Below are positions 1-8,401 of a stretch of DNA of 64,000 bases, piece after piece; position 1 is the first letter of the stretch; the number at the start of each line of letters is the position of its first letter. The stretch is from Candidatus Aminicenantes bacterium. GTDB taxonomy: Bacteria; Acidobacteriota; Aminicenantia; Aminicenantales; JAFGBC01. The translations under genes and the position numbers were made by a program. Under the pieces are notes generated by a model. The model worked only from the letters and a program-made list of their open reading frames with translations, searched no databases and was not told the DNA's origin. The stretch spans positions 480,001 through 544,000 of the forward strand of contig OY969696.1 in NCBI GenBank assembly GCA_963702005.1, read 5' to 3'.

Positions 1-1014
1 CTGCAGGGATTCGCGATCGGACTCCTCTTCATCGGGGCGGTCCTCCTCAACCTCTGGAAGGAACGGTTCTGGTGCCGCTATCTCTGCCCGGCCGGGGCGC
101 TCCTCGGCCTGGCCTCGCGCTGGAACGTCCTCAAGCTCCGGATCGACGAGGACGCCTGCATCAAGTGCGGGCTGTGCACGCAGCACTGCCAGACCCAGGC
201 CGAACCCTACCCGAACCCGAAATGGCGGAGCTCGGAATGCGTTTACTGCGCCACCTGCGCCGCCATCTGCCCCACGGCTGCGATCGGGTTTCCGGGGTCG
301 GCCAAGCCCGAGAGCCTCAAGGCCGTGGACGTCCGCAAGCGCCGCTTCGTGCTCGCTTCGCTCGTCGGGCTGGCCGCCGTTCCTCTGTTTAGGATAACGG
401 CGGCCCGCAAACGCGCCCACCTCAAGCTCATCCGTCCGCCCGGCGCCCTGCCCGAAAACAAATTCCTCGCCCGCTGCGTCAAGTGCGGGGAGTGTATGAA
501 GGCCTGCCCGACCAACGGCCTTCAGCCCGCGCTCTACGAGGCCGGGCCCGAGGGAATCTGGACGCCGATGCTCGTGCCCAAGATCGGCTATTGCGAATAT
601 TATTGCTCGCTCTGCACGCAAGTCTGTCCGACGGACGCCATCCGGAAGCTCACCGTCGAGGACAAGACCAAGGTCAAGATCGGCTCGTCCTGGATCAACA
701 AGAGCCGCTGCATCCCTTACGTCTTGGGTAAGCCTTGCCTCGTCTGCGAGGAGCATTGTCCGACCTCGCCCAAGGCCATCAAGTTCGTCATGGTCCAGAC
801 CCAGCTCCCGAACGGGACGGTCGCGACCCAGAAGGCCCCCGTTATCGACCAGAACCTCTGCATCGGCTGCGGCATCTGCGAGAACAAATGCCCGGTCGTT
901 GACGACCCGGCCATTTTCGTGACGAGCATCGGCGAGCACCGCTCCGAGACGAACCAGCTGCTTCTTCCGGTCGTCGGCGAGGGCGGCGACGCCCCGCTGA
1001 ATCTCCCTAAATAA
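1..1014 (+). CDS. Membrane-bound 4Fe-4S polyferredoxin (NapH/MauN-like N-part fused to NapG/MauM-like C-part), 5'-truncated by the window edge
   Basis: Frame +1 is open from base 1 (LQGFAIGLLFIGAVLLNLWKERFWCRYLCPAGA). Contains the RFWCxxxCP motif, several CxxCxxCxxxCP clusters and the IRPPGA motif. Confidence 0.85.
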   Translation: MQGFAIGLLFIGAVLLNLWKERFWCRYLCPAGALLGLASRWNVLKLRIDEDACIKCGLCTQHCQTQAEPYPNPKWRSSECVYCATCAAICPTAAIGFPGSAKPESLKAVDVRKRRFVLASLVGLAAVPLFRITAARKRAHLKLIRPPGALPENKFLARCVKCGECMKACPTNGLQPALYEAGPEGIWTPMLVPKIGYCEYYCSLCTQVCPTDAIRKLTVEDKTKVKIGSSWINKSRCIPYVLGKPCLVCEEHCPTSPKAIKFVMVQTQLPNGTVATQKAPVIDQNLCIGCGICENKCPVVDDPAIFVTSIGEHRSETNQLLLPVVGEGGDAPLNLPK

Positions 1015-1065
1015 TTCTGGGGACACACGACTTAATTCGGAATTAAGTCGTGTGTCCCCAGAATT
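1013..1065. repeat. Perfect palindrome with 26-bp arms and a 1-nt centre (REP-like / terminator-like)
   Basis: AATTCTGGGGACACACGACTTAATTC-G-GAATTAAGTCGTGTGTCCCCAGAATT; the arms are exact reverse complements. Confidence 0.9.
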
Positions 1066-1102
1066 GGAATTAGCGATATTCGAGGAGTCTCGGGAGGTCA
1101 CG

Positions 1103-1735
1103 ATGTCCGACTCGGCGCTCATCAAAAAACTCCAAATCAAGCCTGGGATGCGGATGGCCATAATTAATTCGCCCCAAGCCTACCTCGGTCGGCTGGCCGA
1201 ACTCCCCGCCGGGGCGGCGATTGTCAAGGGCCGAGAAGCCGATCTCGAATTCGTCCAGGTCTTCGCCCGGAACCGGGCGGAGCTCGAAAGCCTCCTCCAG
1301 GGCGCGCTGGCCCGGCTCAAGCCCGACGGCTTGTTCTGGGTCTGTTATCCCAAGTTGACGGCCAAGGAAGCATCGGACCTTTCGAGGAAGATTCTCTGGG
1401 AGGCGGTTTCCAAGCACGGAATTAGGCCGGTCGCCCAGGTTGCGATCGACGACGTCTGGTCGGCCATGCGCTTCCGCCCGGCTGGGAAGGTCCTAAGCAC
1501 GAGCCCGGGGCCGGCCGCGAAGGGCTTGGCGACGAAAGACAGAACCATCATAGTCCCAGCGGATCTCAAGAAGGCCTTGGCAAAGAATAAAACGGCCCGG
1601 GAGCGATTCGTAAAATTATCCTACACCCACCGCAAAGAATACGTCCGTTGGATCGAGGATGCCAGGAAGCCCGAGACGCGCTTGCGCCGCATCATGAAAA
1701 CAATCGAAAGGCTCGCCTCCGGCGGCTCGCGCTGA
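1103..1735 (+). CDS. DUF3052-like N-domain plus YdeI/OmpD-associated C-domain protein
   Basis: GGAGG RBS before ATG 1103. N-domain motifs [28 protein letters not shown]-domain VPADL...[26 protein letters not shown]. Confidence 0.75.
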   Translation: MSDSALIKKLQIKPGMRMAIINSPQAYLGRLAELPAGAAIVKGREADLEFVQVFARNRAELESLLQGALARLKPDGLFWVCYPKLTAKEASDLSRKILWEAVSKHGIRPVAQVAIDDVWSAMRFRPAGKVLSTSPGPAAKGLATKDRTIIVPADLKKALAKNKTARERFVKLSYTHRKEYVRWIEDARKPETRLRRIMKTIERLASGGSR

Positions 1736-1747
1736 AAAGACTCAAGA

Positions 1748-2725
1748 TCACTCGGCAAAGATTTTTTTGAGCTCGTCCTTCAAGGGCGGAATGACCTCGA
1801 ACAGATCGCCCACGATCCCGAAATCCGCGACCTTGAGGATGGGCGCCTCGGGATCTTTGTTAACGGCGACGATGACTTTCGATCCCGACATTCCAGCCAA
1901 GTGCTGGATGGCGCCGGAAACGCCGAAGGCCATATAGAGGTTCGGGGATACGGTCTTACCGGTCTGGCCGACCTGATGCTGGTGATCGATCCAGCCCGAG
2001 TCGACGGCCGAGCGCGAGGCGCCGACCGCGGCCCGGGGCAGGATGGCGGCCAGCTCGCGCAGGAGTCCGAAGTTCTCGGCCGCCTTGAGGCCGCGTCCTC
2101 CAGAAACGATAATCTCGGCCTCGGTCACGTCGAGAGCCTCGCCCTGCTCCTTGATGATCTCCTCGACGCGGGCCTTGACGCCGTCCTCGGCCACGGCCGC
2201 CGTCTTCTGGACGACCTCGCCTCGGCCGGGCTTCGCTTCGCCGAGCGCGAAGACGTTCGGCCGTAGCGTCGCCAGGGCGGGCTCGCCTTTGAGCGCGACC
2301 GTCATCAGGGCCTTTCCGGCGAAGATGGGACGCGTGAACTCGAACCGGCCGTTCGCGACGGCGACCTTGGTGCAGTCGGAGGCCAAGCCGACCTTGAGCT
2401 TGGCGGCCAAGCGCGGGGCCAGGTCTTTCCCCATGGCCGAGGCGGCCATCCAGACGGCCTTGGGCTTGACTTCGGCCGCGAGCCCGGCCAGGGCCTGGGC
2501 GAATCCCTGCGAGGAATACCGGTTGAGGGCAGGGCTTTCCAGATGAAAGAGAGTCCGGGCGCCGAGAGCGAAGACTTCAACCGCGAGCGCCTCGTCGAAC
2601 GGCCCGACGGCCGCGGCGGCCACGGTCTCGCTCATCTCGCCGGCGCGCCGCGCCGCCTCGCTCAGAACTTCGAGAGAGCTCTTCTTGATCTTGCCGTCGC
2701 GGGTTTCCAGGAATACGAGTATCAT
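1748..2725 (-). CDS. etfA: Electron transfer flavoprotein subunit alpha
   Basis: [54 protein letters not shown]. Confidence 0.95.
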   Translation of the reverse strand: MILVFLETRDGKIKKSSLEVLSEAARRAGEMSETVAAAAVGPFDEALAVEVFALGARTLFHLESPALNRYSSQGFAQALAGLAAEVKPKAVWMAASAMGKDLAPRLAAKLKVGLASDCTKVAVANGRFEFTRPIFAGKALMTVALKGEPALATLRPNVFALGEAKPGRGEVVQKTAAVAEDGVKARVEEIIKEQGEALDVTEAEIIVSGGRGLKAAENFGLLRELAAILPRAAVGASRSAVDSGWIDHQHQVGQTGKTVSPNLYMAFGVSGAIQHLAGMSGSKVIVAVNKDPEAPILKVADFGIVGDLFEVIPPLKDELKKIFAE

Positions 2726-2739
2726 GGCCGGCTCTCCTC

Positions 2740-3522
2740 TCAGATGACCTTGGCGTCCCTATGTAGGAACTCGACGAGCCGGCGGGCGGCTTCGGCGGCG
2801 GGGGCGGTCACGATTTGGCCCGCCTTGCGCGCCGAGGGAGCCTCGATCCGCAGGACCTCGACCCGGGCGGCCGTCTCCTCCGGCGCCAATCCCAGCTCGC
2901 CGAGCGCCACGACGGGAATCGTCTTCTTCTTGGCGGCCATGATTCCGCGCAGGGTCTCGTAGCGCGGCTCGTTGAGCCCTTTCTGAGCGCTGACGACGGC
3001 GGGAAGCGAGAAGGCGACTTTCTCGCGGGCGCCCTCGATCTCGCGCTGGGCCGTCCCCGCTCCGCCCTCGATCTCGAGCTTGGTGACGACGTTGACCTGG
3101 GGCAGCCCCAGGAGCTCGGCGACCATCGAGGGAACCTGGGCGTTGTCGGCGCCCACGGATTGTTTCCCGAACAGGAGGAGGTCGCATGGAAGCGCCTTCA
3201 CGGCTACGTACTTGGCCAGGATGACCGCCGTCCTCAATCCGTCGTAGCTCTCGGGGCCGGCGTCTTTGATAAGGACGGCCTCGTCGACTCCCATGGCCAG
3301 GCACTTGCGGAGGATGACCTGCGCCTCGTCCGGCCCAAGCGCGATGGCCGCGACCGTCCCTCCCTTGGCCTCCCTGAGACGGAGGGCCTCTTCGACGGCG
3401 TATTCGTCGTAGGGGCTGAGGACGAAATTCAGCCCGTCCTCGGCGACGGCCTTGCCGCCCTCCTGGATGCGGATCCGGGACTCCGTGTCGGGAACCCGCT
3501 TGACGAAAACGTAAATGTTCAT
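2740..3522 (-). CDS. etfB: Electron transfer flavoprotein subunit beta
   Basis: VKRVPDTE, SPYDEYAVEEALRLRE, NEPRY, GIMAAKKK; adjacent to etfA. Confidence 0.95.
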   Translation of the reverse strand: MNIYVFVKRVPDTESRIRIQEGGKAVAEDGLNFVLSPYDEYAVEEALRLREAKGGTVAAIALGPDEAQVILRKCLAMGVDEAVLIKDAGPESYDGLRTAVILAKYVAVKALPCDLLLFGKQSVGADNAQVPSMVAELLGLPQVNVVTKLEIEGGAGTAQREIEGAREKVAFSLPAVVSAQKGLNEPRYETLRGIMAAKKKTIPVVALGELGLAPEETAARVEVLRIEAPSARKAGQIVTAPAAEAARRLVEFLHRDAKVI

Positions 3523-3606
3523 CCCTGTCTCCTTATTCGCGTCCCTGTCAATCCGTCCGGTCCGATCGGCAGCGGGCGCTCCCTATCAGGCCCTTTTCCT
3601 CGGCCC

Positions 3607-4881
3607 CTACTCCTCGAAGCGCTTGAGCAGAAGGGAGCCGTTCGTGCCGCCGAAACCGAAGGAATTGCTGAGCCCGTAGCGGATCTCGGCAGGCCGGGCT
3701 TTGTTGGGGACGTAGTCGAGGTCGCACTCGGGGTCGGGCACCTCGTAGTTCATGGTCGGGGTCATGACCTGGTGCTTGAGGCAGAGAGCCGTGATCCCGG
3801 CCTCGACCCCGCCAGTCGCGCCGAGCAGGTGCCCGGTCATGGACTTGGTCGAGCTGATCCCGATCTTGGCCGCGTGGGCGCCGAAGACGCGCTTGATGGC
3901 GGCCGTCTCGATCTTGTCGTTGTAGGGGGTCGAGGTCCCGTGGGCATTGATGTAGCCGACCTCGGACGGGTCGATCCCGGCGTCGGCGATGGCCCGCTTC
4001 ATGACCCTGACGGCGCCGTCGCCGTCCGGGGCCGGGGCCGACGTGTGGTAAGCGTCGCCCGTCATCCCGTAGCCGACGACCTCGGCGTAGATCTTGGCGC
4101 CCCGATCGAGGGCTAAGCCGAGCTCTTCGAGCAGGAGGATCCCGGATCCTTCGCCCATGACGAACCCGTCGCGCTTGGCGTCGAAGGGCCGCGAGGCGCG
4201 GGCGGGGTCGTCGTTGCGGGTCGACAAGGCCTTCATCGAGCAGAACCCGGCTATCCCCAGGGGCGAGATGGCCGCTTCCGCACCTCCGGCGAGCATGATA
4301 TCGGCATCCCCGCGGGCGATCATCCGGAAGGAGTCGCCTACCGCATGGCAGCCGGTCGAGCAGGCCGTGGCCAGGGCCGAGTTGGGACCCTTGGCGCCGA
4401 AGCGGATCGAGATCTGGCCCGAGGCCTCGTTGATGATGGTTGCGATCAGGAAGTAGGGGGAGACCCGGTCCGGACCTTTTTCGAGGAGGATCCGGTGCTG
4501 CTCCTCGATCGTGGCGATCCCGCCGATCCCGGACCCGACGTAGACGCCGCAACGGTCGCCCTGGAGACGGGCGGGCGCGATCTCCGCGTCATCGACGGCC
4601 AGCTGCGCCGCCACGACCGCGTACTGAATGAAGAGGTCCATCTTGCGGACCTCCTTCCGGTCGATGAAGGCGAGCGGGTCGAGGTCCTTGACCTCGGCGG
4701 CGATCCGCGTCGAGAGCCGCGTAGCGTCGAAGCGGGTGATCGGACCGACCCCGTTTTCGCCCTTGAGCAGGGCCTCCCACGTCCGGGCCAGCCCGACGCC
4801 CAAGGGCGACACGAGACCGATCCCCGTGACGACGACCCGCCTCGGCGGGCATAGTTTTGGCCCGGCTGAAGATACCGTCAT
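3607..4881 (-). CDS. fabF: 3-oxoacyl-ACP synthase II
   Basis: RRVVVTGIG, catalytic TACSTG, INAHGTST, KSMTGHLLGA, SNSFGFGGTN. Confidence 0.96.
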   Translation of the reverse strand: MTVSSAGPKLCPPRRVVVTGIGLVSPLGVGLARTWEALLKGENGVGPITRFDATRLSTRIAAEVKDLDPLAFIDRKEVRKMDLFIQYAVVAAQLAVDDAEIAPARLQGDRCGVYVGSGIGGIATIEEQHRILLEKGPDRVSPYFLIATIINEASGQISIRFGAKGPNSALATACSTGCHAVGDSFRMIARGDADIMLAGGAEAAISPLGIAGFCSMKALSTRNDDPARASRPFDAKRDGFVMGEGSGILLLEELGLALDRGAKIYAEVVGYGMTGDAYHTSAPAPDGDGAVRVMKRAIADAGIDPSEVGYINAHGTSTPYNDKIETAAIKRVFGAHAAKIGISSTKSMTGHLLGATGGVEAGITALCLKHQVMTPTMNYEVPDPECDLDYVPNKARPAEIRYGLSNSFGFGGTNGSLLLKRFEE

Positions 4882-4900
4882 CGATGAATAGACGCGGGTC

Positions 4901-5143
4901 TCAGGAAACCTTGGACAGGATGTAATCCATGGCCTTGCCGACGGTCGTCAGCTTCTCGGCGTCCTCGTCGGGGATGTCGAGCCCGAACTCGTCCTCCAAG
5001 GCCATGACCAGTTCCACGGTGTCGAGGGAATCCGCCCCCAGATCGTCGATGAACGAAGCCTGTTCGGTGATCTGCTCCTCGCCGATGCTCAGCTTGTCGG
5101 CCACGATGCTCTTGACCTTCTTCAGGAGTTCTTCTCTTTGCAT
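4901..5143 (-). CDS. acpP: Acyl carrier protein
   Basis: [20 protein letters not shown] phosphopantetheine motif. Confidence 0.97.
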   Translation of the reverse strand: MQREELLKKVKSIVADKLSIGEEQITEQASFIDDLGADSLDTVELVMALEDEFGLDIPDEDAEKLTTVGKAMDYILSKVS

Positions 5144-5202
5144 TGTCCACTCCTCCTAAAATCAAATTTCCGGGACTCCGGTTTGGAGAACCCCGTGGGA
5201 CT

Positions 5203-5952
5203 TCACACCATGTACATGCCGCCGTTGAGGTGGATGACCTGGCCGGTGATGTAGGACGCCCCGTCCGAAAGCAGGAAGCGGACGGCGGCGGCCACGTCTT
5301 CGGGCCGGCCGAAACGATGGAGGGGAATGGCCTCCAGAAACGCCTTCTGGACGGCCTCGGGAAGCTTGGCGGTCATGGCCGTCTCGATGTAGCCGGGGGC
5401 GACGCAGTTGACGGTGATTCCCCGCGAGGCGATCTCGCGGGCCAGAGACTTCGAGAAGGCGATGACCCCGGCCTTGGAGGCCGCGTAATTGGCCTGGCCG
5501 GCGTTCCCCGTGGCGCCGACCACCGAAGCGATGTTGACAATCCGCCCCGACCTCTGGTTGAGCATGGTCCGGACGACGGCCCGGCAGAAGTTGAAGGTCC
5601 CTTTGAGGTTGACGGCCAGGACGGCGTCCCATTCCTCCTCCTTCATCCGGAGAAGGAGATTGTCGCGGGTGATGCCCGCGTTGTTGACCAGAAAGTCGAT
5701 CCGGCCGTGGCGGGCCAGGATATCCTCGACGACGCGGCCGACCTGGTCCGATTTGGAGACGTCGGCCGCGTGGACCGAAGCCTCCGGGCCCAGCTCCCGG
5801 ATCCTGGCGGCGACGGCCTGGAGCTTTTCCTCCTGGACGTCGACCAGGGCCGGTTGGGCCCCCGCTTCGGCCAGGTCGAAGGCGATGGCCTCACCGATTC
5901 CCTGAGAGGCCCCGGTCACAATCGCGACCTTGTCGTGGAAAATGCCGGCCAT
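5203..5952 (-). CDS. fabG: 3-oxoacyl-ACP reductase
   Basis: TGASQGIG, NNAGITRD, NYAASKAG; start placed at the ATG 5952. Confidence 0.95.
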   Translation of the reverse strand: MAGIFHDKVAIVTGASQGIGEAIAFDLAEAGAQPALVDVQEEKLQAVAARIRELGPEASVHAADVSKSDQVGRVVEDILARHGRIDFLVNNAGITRDNLLLRMKEEEWDAVLAVNLKGTFNFCRAVVRTMLNQRSGRIVNIASVVGATGNAGQANYAASKAGVIAFSKSLAREIASRGITVNCVAPGYIETAMTAKLPEAVQKAFLEAIPLHRFGRPEDVAAAVRFLLSDGASYITGQVIHLNGGMYMV

Positions 5953-5953
5953 C

Positions 5954-6961
5954 TCAAAACCCTCCCGTCGCCTTGTGGGCGCGGCCGATCTCGGTCCGGA
6001 TCCGGTCCTGGACACGGTTGGCGACGAAGTCCCGGGCCAGCCGGACGGCGTTCCGGACGGCGTTCGGGTTCGAGCGCCCGTGCCCGACGATGCAGACGCC
6101 CTTGAGGCCGAGGAGCAAAGCTCCGCCGTATTCGGAGTAGTCGAGCTTCCGGTAGATCTTTTTGAGGTTTCTTTTCATCAAGAAGAACCCGACCTTGGCC
6201 AGGAGGTTCTTCATGACCTCGTGGCGGCCCATCGACAGGAGCGTCTCGACGACGCCCTCGCTGACCTTGAGGGCGACGTTCCCGGTGAAGCCGTCGCTGA
6301 CGATGACGTCGGCCTTCCCGCTGAACAGGTCCTTGCCCTCGATGTTGCCGATGAAGCGAACCGGCGCCGACTCGAGGAGGCGGAAGGCCTCCTTGGTCAG
6401 GTCGTTCCCTTTCGTATTCTCCTCGCCGATGCTCATCAAGCCGACCCGCGGATCGGCCAGGCCGAGGGCGCTCTCCATGAAGGCCCGGCCCATGACAGCG
6501 AACTGCTCGAGGTCCTGGGGCCTGCAGTTGGCGTTGGCCCCGACGTCGATGAGGAGGGTCAAGCCTTGGAGCGATGAGACGAGGAGGGCCAGGGCGGGCT
6601 TGTCGACGCCTTCCAGAACGCCCAGGACCCGCCGGGAGATGTAAACCACTGCGGCCGTGTTGCCGGTCGAGACGAAGCCGTCGGCCGCGCCCTCCTTGAG
6701 GAGCTGGGCTCCGACCCGGATCGAGGAGCGGGCCTTCCTACGGAAGGAAAAGATCCCTTCGCCCATGCCGATGGCCTCGGGCGCGTCGACGATGGTGACG
6801 CGGGCGCGCGGCCGAGGGCTCCGGTCAAACTCCTTTTTAATGAGCTCTTCGACGCCGACCAGCAGGACTTCGACCCGGAAATCCTCGGCGGCCCGGAGGG
6901 CGCCGGCCACGGTCACCCGCGGGCCGAAATCTCCCCCCATCGCGTCAACGGCGATCCTCAT
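5954..6961 (-). CDS. plsX: Phosphate acyltransferase
   Basis: MRIAVDAMGGD, DVGANAN, DGFTGNVALK, GHGRS. Confidence 0.95.
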   Translation of the reverse strand: MRIAVDAMGGDFGPRVTVAGALRAAEDFRVEVLLVGVEELIKKEFDRSPRPRARVTIVDAPEAIGMGEGIFSFRRKARSSIRVGAQLLKEGAADGFVSTGNTAAVVYISRRVLGVLEGVDKPALALLVSSLQGLTLLIDVGANANCRPQDLEQFAVMGRAFMESALGLADPRVGLMSIGEENTKGNDLTKEAFRLLESAPVRFIGNIEGKDLFSGKADVIVSDGFTGNVALKVSEGVVETLLSMGRHEVMKNLLAKVGFFLMKRNLKKIYRKLDYSEYGGALLLGLKGVCIVGHGRSNPNAVRNAVRLARDFVANRVQDRIRTEIGRAHKATGGF

Positions 6962-6978
6962 CGGAATTCCTGGTCGCG

Positions 6979-7161
6979 TTACTTCTCGGTCCCCTCGATG
7001 ACCTGGCGGCCGCGGTAAAATCCGCATTGGGGGCAGGCCCGGTGAGGCAGCTTGGGCGTCCCACAGTTGGAACAGACGGAAAAGGACGGGATGGTCAGCC
7101 CGTCGTGGGCCCGGCGTTTACCCTTGCGGGATGGGGAATGGCGTCTTTTGGGATTCGGCAT
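6979..7161 (-). CDS. rpmF: 50S ribosomal protein L32 (Zn-binding type)
   Basis: MPNPKRRHS...CSNCG...[13 protein letters not shown]. Confidence 0.95.
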   Translation of the reverse strand: MPNPKRRHSPSRKGKRRAHDGLTIPSFSVCSNCGTPKLPHRACPQCGFYRGRQVIEGTEK

Positions 7162-7680
7162 TTACTTCTTGTCCTTCATCAGGGATTTGAGCGACTGAAA
7201 GCGGAAATCGGCGCCGGGAACCGCGCAGGAGCAGGCCCCGTCGCGGATGACGGCCCCGCAGACCGGGCAGATGCCCGGGCAGTCCTCCGAACAGAGCGGC
7301 CGGAGGGGGAAGGTCAGGTTGAGCTGCTCCAGGACGACCTCCCGCAGATCGAGCTGGGGGGCCGCGTAGTAGAGCGCGTTGACGTCCTCCTCCTCGAGTT
7401 CTTCCTTCATCTCTTCAAGCTCCTCGGGAAGGTAGATGAGGTCGAACCGCGAATCGACCGGGTACTCGAACGGCGTCAGGCAGCGGCTGCAGGCGAAGCG
7501 GAGCAAGGTCGTGATCCGGCCCTTGATCCGGATCTGCTCGTCGATCTTCGTGACGGTCAGCTCGACGTGGACCGGCCGCAGGAAGACGGCGTCCTCCTCG
7601 ACGAGCTCGACGCTCGGGTACTCGAAGTCCCGATTGACGGTCAAGCCTTCCTTAGGAAGTTTATCAATATCAATAAGCAT
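7162..7680 (-). CDS. yceD: DUF177/YceD family protein
   Basis: CSRCL and LCSEDCPGICPVCG motifs; canonical position upstream of rpmF. Confidence 0.9.
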   Translation of the reverse strand: MLIDIDKLPKEGLTVNRDFEYPSVELVEEDAVFLRPVHVELTVTKIDEQIRIKGRITTLLRFACSRCLTPFEYPVDSRFDLIYLPEELEEMKEELEEEDVNALYYAAPQLDLREVVLEQLNLTFPLRPLCSEDCPGICPVCGAVIRDGACSCAVPGADFRFQSLKSLMKDKK

Positions 7681-7706
7681 GTGGGTTCCTCGGCAAGAAT
7701 CGCCTT

Positions 7707-7734
7707 ATTATACCAACTCGGCCCCGTTTGTCAA
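7707..7734 (-). promoter_or_regulatory. Sigma70-type promoter of the yceD-rpmF-fab-etf operon
   Basis: Minus strand reads TTGACA-N16-TATAAT with TGn extended -10. Confidence 0.75.
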
Positions 7735-7817
7735 ACCCTAAGCAAGCCCCAATCCAAGGGCTTGTAAGGAGCGGAAGCTTCTCAGAATCATTCTCATTGT
7801 AGGCGTTTGAGCGCCCG

Positions 7818-7988
7818 TACTCATGAGACGTTTCCGGCTCATGAGTATTGACCCTGAGCCCACTCAGCCCCATTCCTTCTAAAAGGGCTGAGTACAAAAG
7901 TGTCGCTTCTCATCCCCGGCTTGAAAGGCGGCACTCATGGAAGCCATGGGTACTGCAAGGCGGCGCCTAGCGTCGGCGAACGGGTCAA
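7818..7988 (-). repeat. Cluster of three related hairpins (TACYCA...TGAGT) preceded by a 43-nt block shared with 35262-35304; candidate ncRNA or REP-like element
   Basis: Hairpins at 7818-7847, 7861-7895 and 7931-7953. Reverse complement of 7946-7988 matches 35262-35304 at 39/43 nt. Confidence 0.7.
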
Positions 7989-8065
7989 CCGCTCCGGATT
8001 CGCCTTGCAATTGCCGCCGCAAGTCGGCTAAAATAAGAGTCCGCTGAGGACAAGGGAGCGAAAAC

Positions 8066-8359
8066 GTGTTCGGTTTCAACACGAAGCTTGACTACAAAGG
8101 CGCCGACGTTCACGTCCAGACCCAGGACATGGGACCGGCCGCCCAGTATATCGAGTCCCTCATCTACGTCTCGGGGAAGCTCGCCTCCTCGCGAAAAACC
8201 TTTTACACCCATGTTCTGGGAACCCCCCAGTTCAGAGTGGTCGTCCAGCGGATCATGGAAGAGCAGCACGGGACCATCCTCCGGGAGATCTCCGAGGGAA
8301 AGCTCGATCATCTCCTGGCCCCGGACGGCAAGCCGCCCGGCCAAGGGTCGGAGGATTAG
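8066..8359 (+). CDS. Small conserved hypothetical protein upstream of polA
   Basis: GGGAG RBS, GTG start, GFNT..Y.G..HVQT.D motif; upstream TTGCAA-N18-TAAAAT promoter candidate (8005-8034). Confidence 0.7.
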   Translation: MFGFNTKLDYKGADVHVQTQDMGPAAQYIESLIYVSGKLASSRKTFYTHVLGTPQFRVVVQRIMEEQHGTILREISEGKLDHLLAPDGKPPGQGSED

Positions 8360-8401
8360 GGCCATTCCCGGTCTCAAGCCGGCGGCTCCGGCTTTGCTGC
8401 C

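Noticed and set aside
2815-4116. Long antisense ORFs (e.g. 2815-4116, 9206-10645, 25991-27901, 45242-46816, 57018-58754)
   Set aside because: These are shadow ORFs opposite well-supported genes, expected with high GC at third codon positions; they carry no recognisable motifs.
7810-7990. Hairpin cluster as a CRISPR array or integron attC sites
   Set aside because: The units are not identical direct repeats with regular spacers. GCCTAGC resembles the attC core but lacks the invariant AAC/GTT. No cas gene or integrase is in the window.
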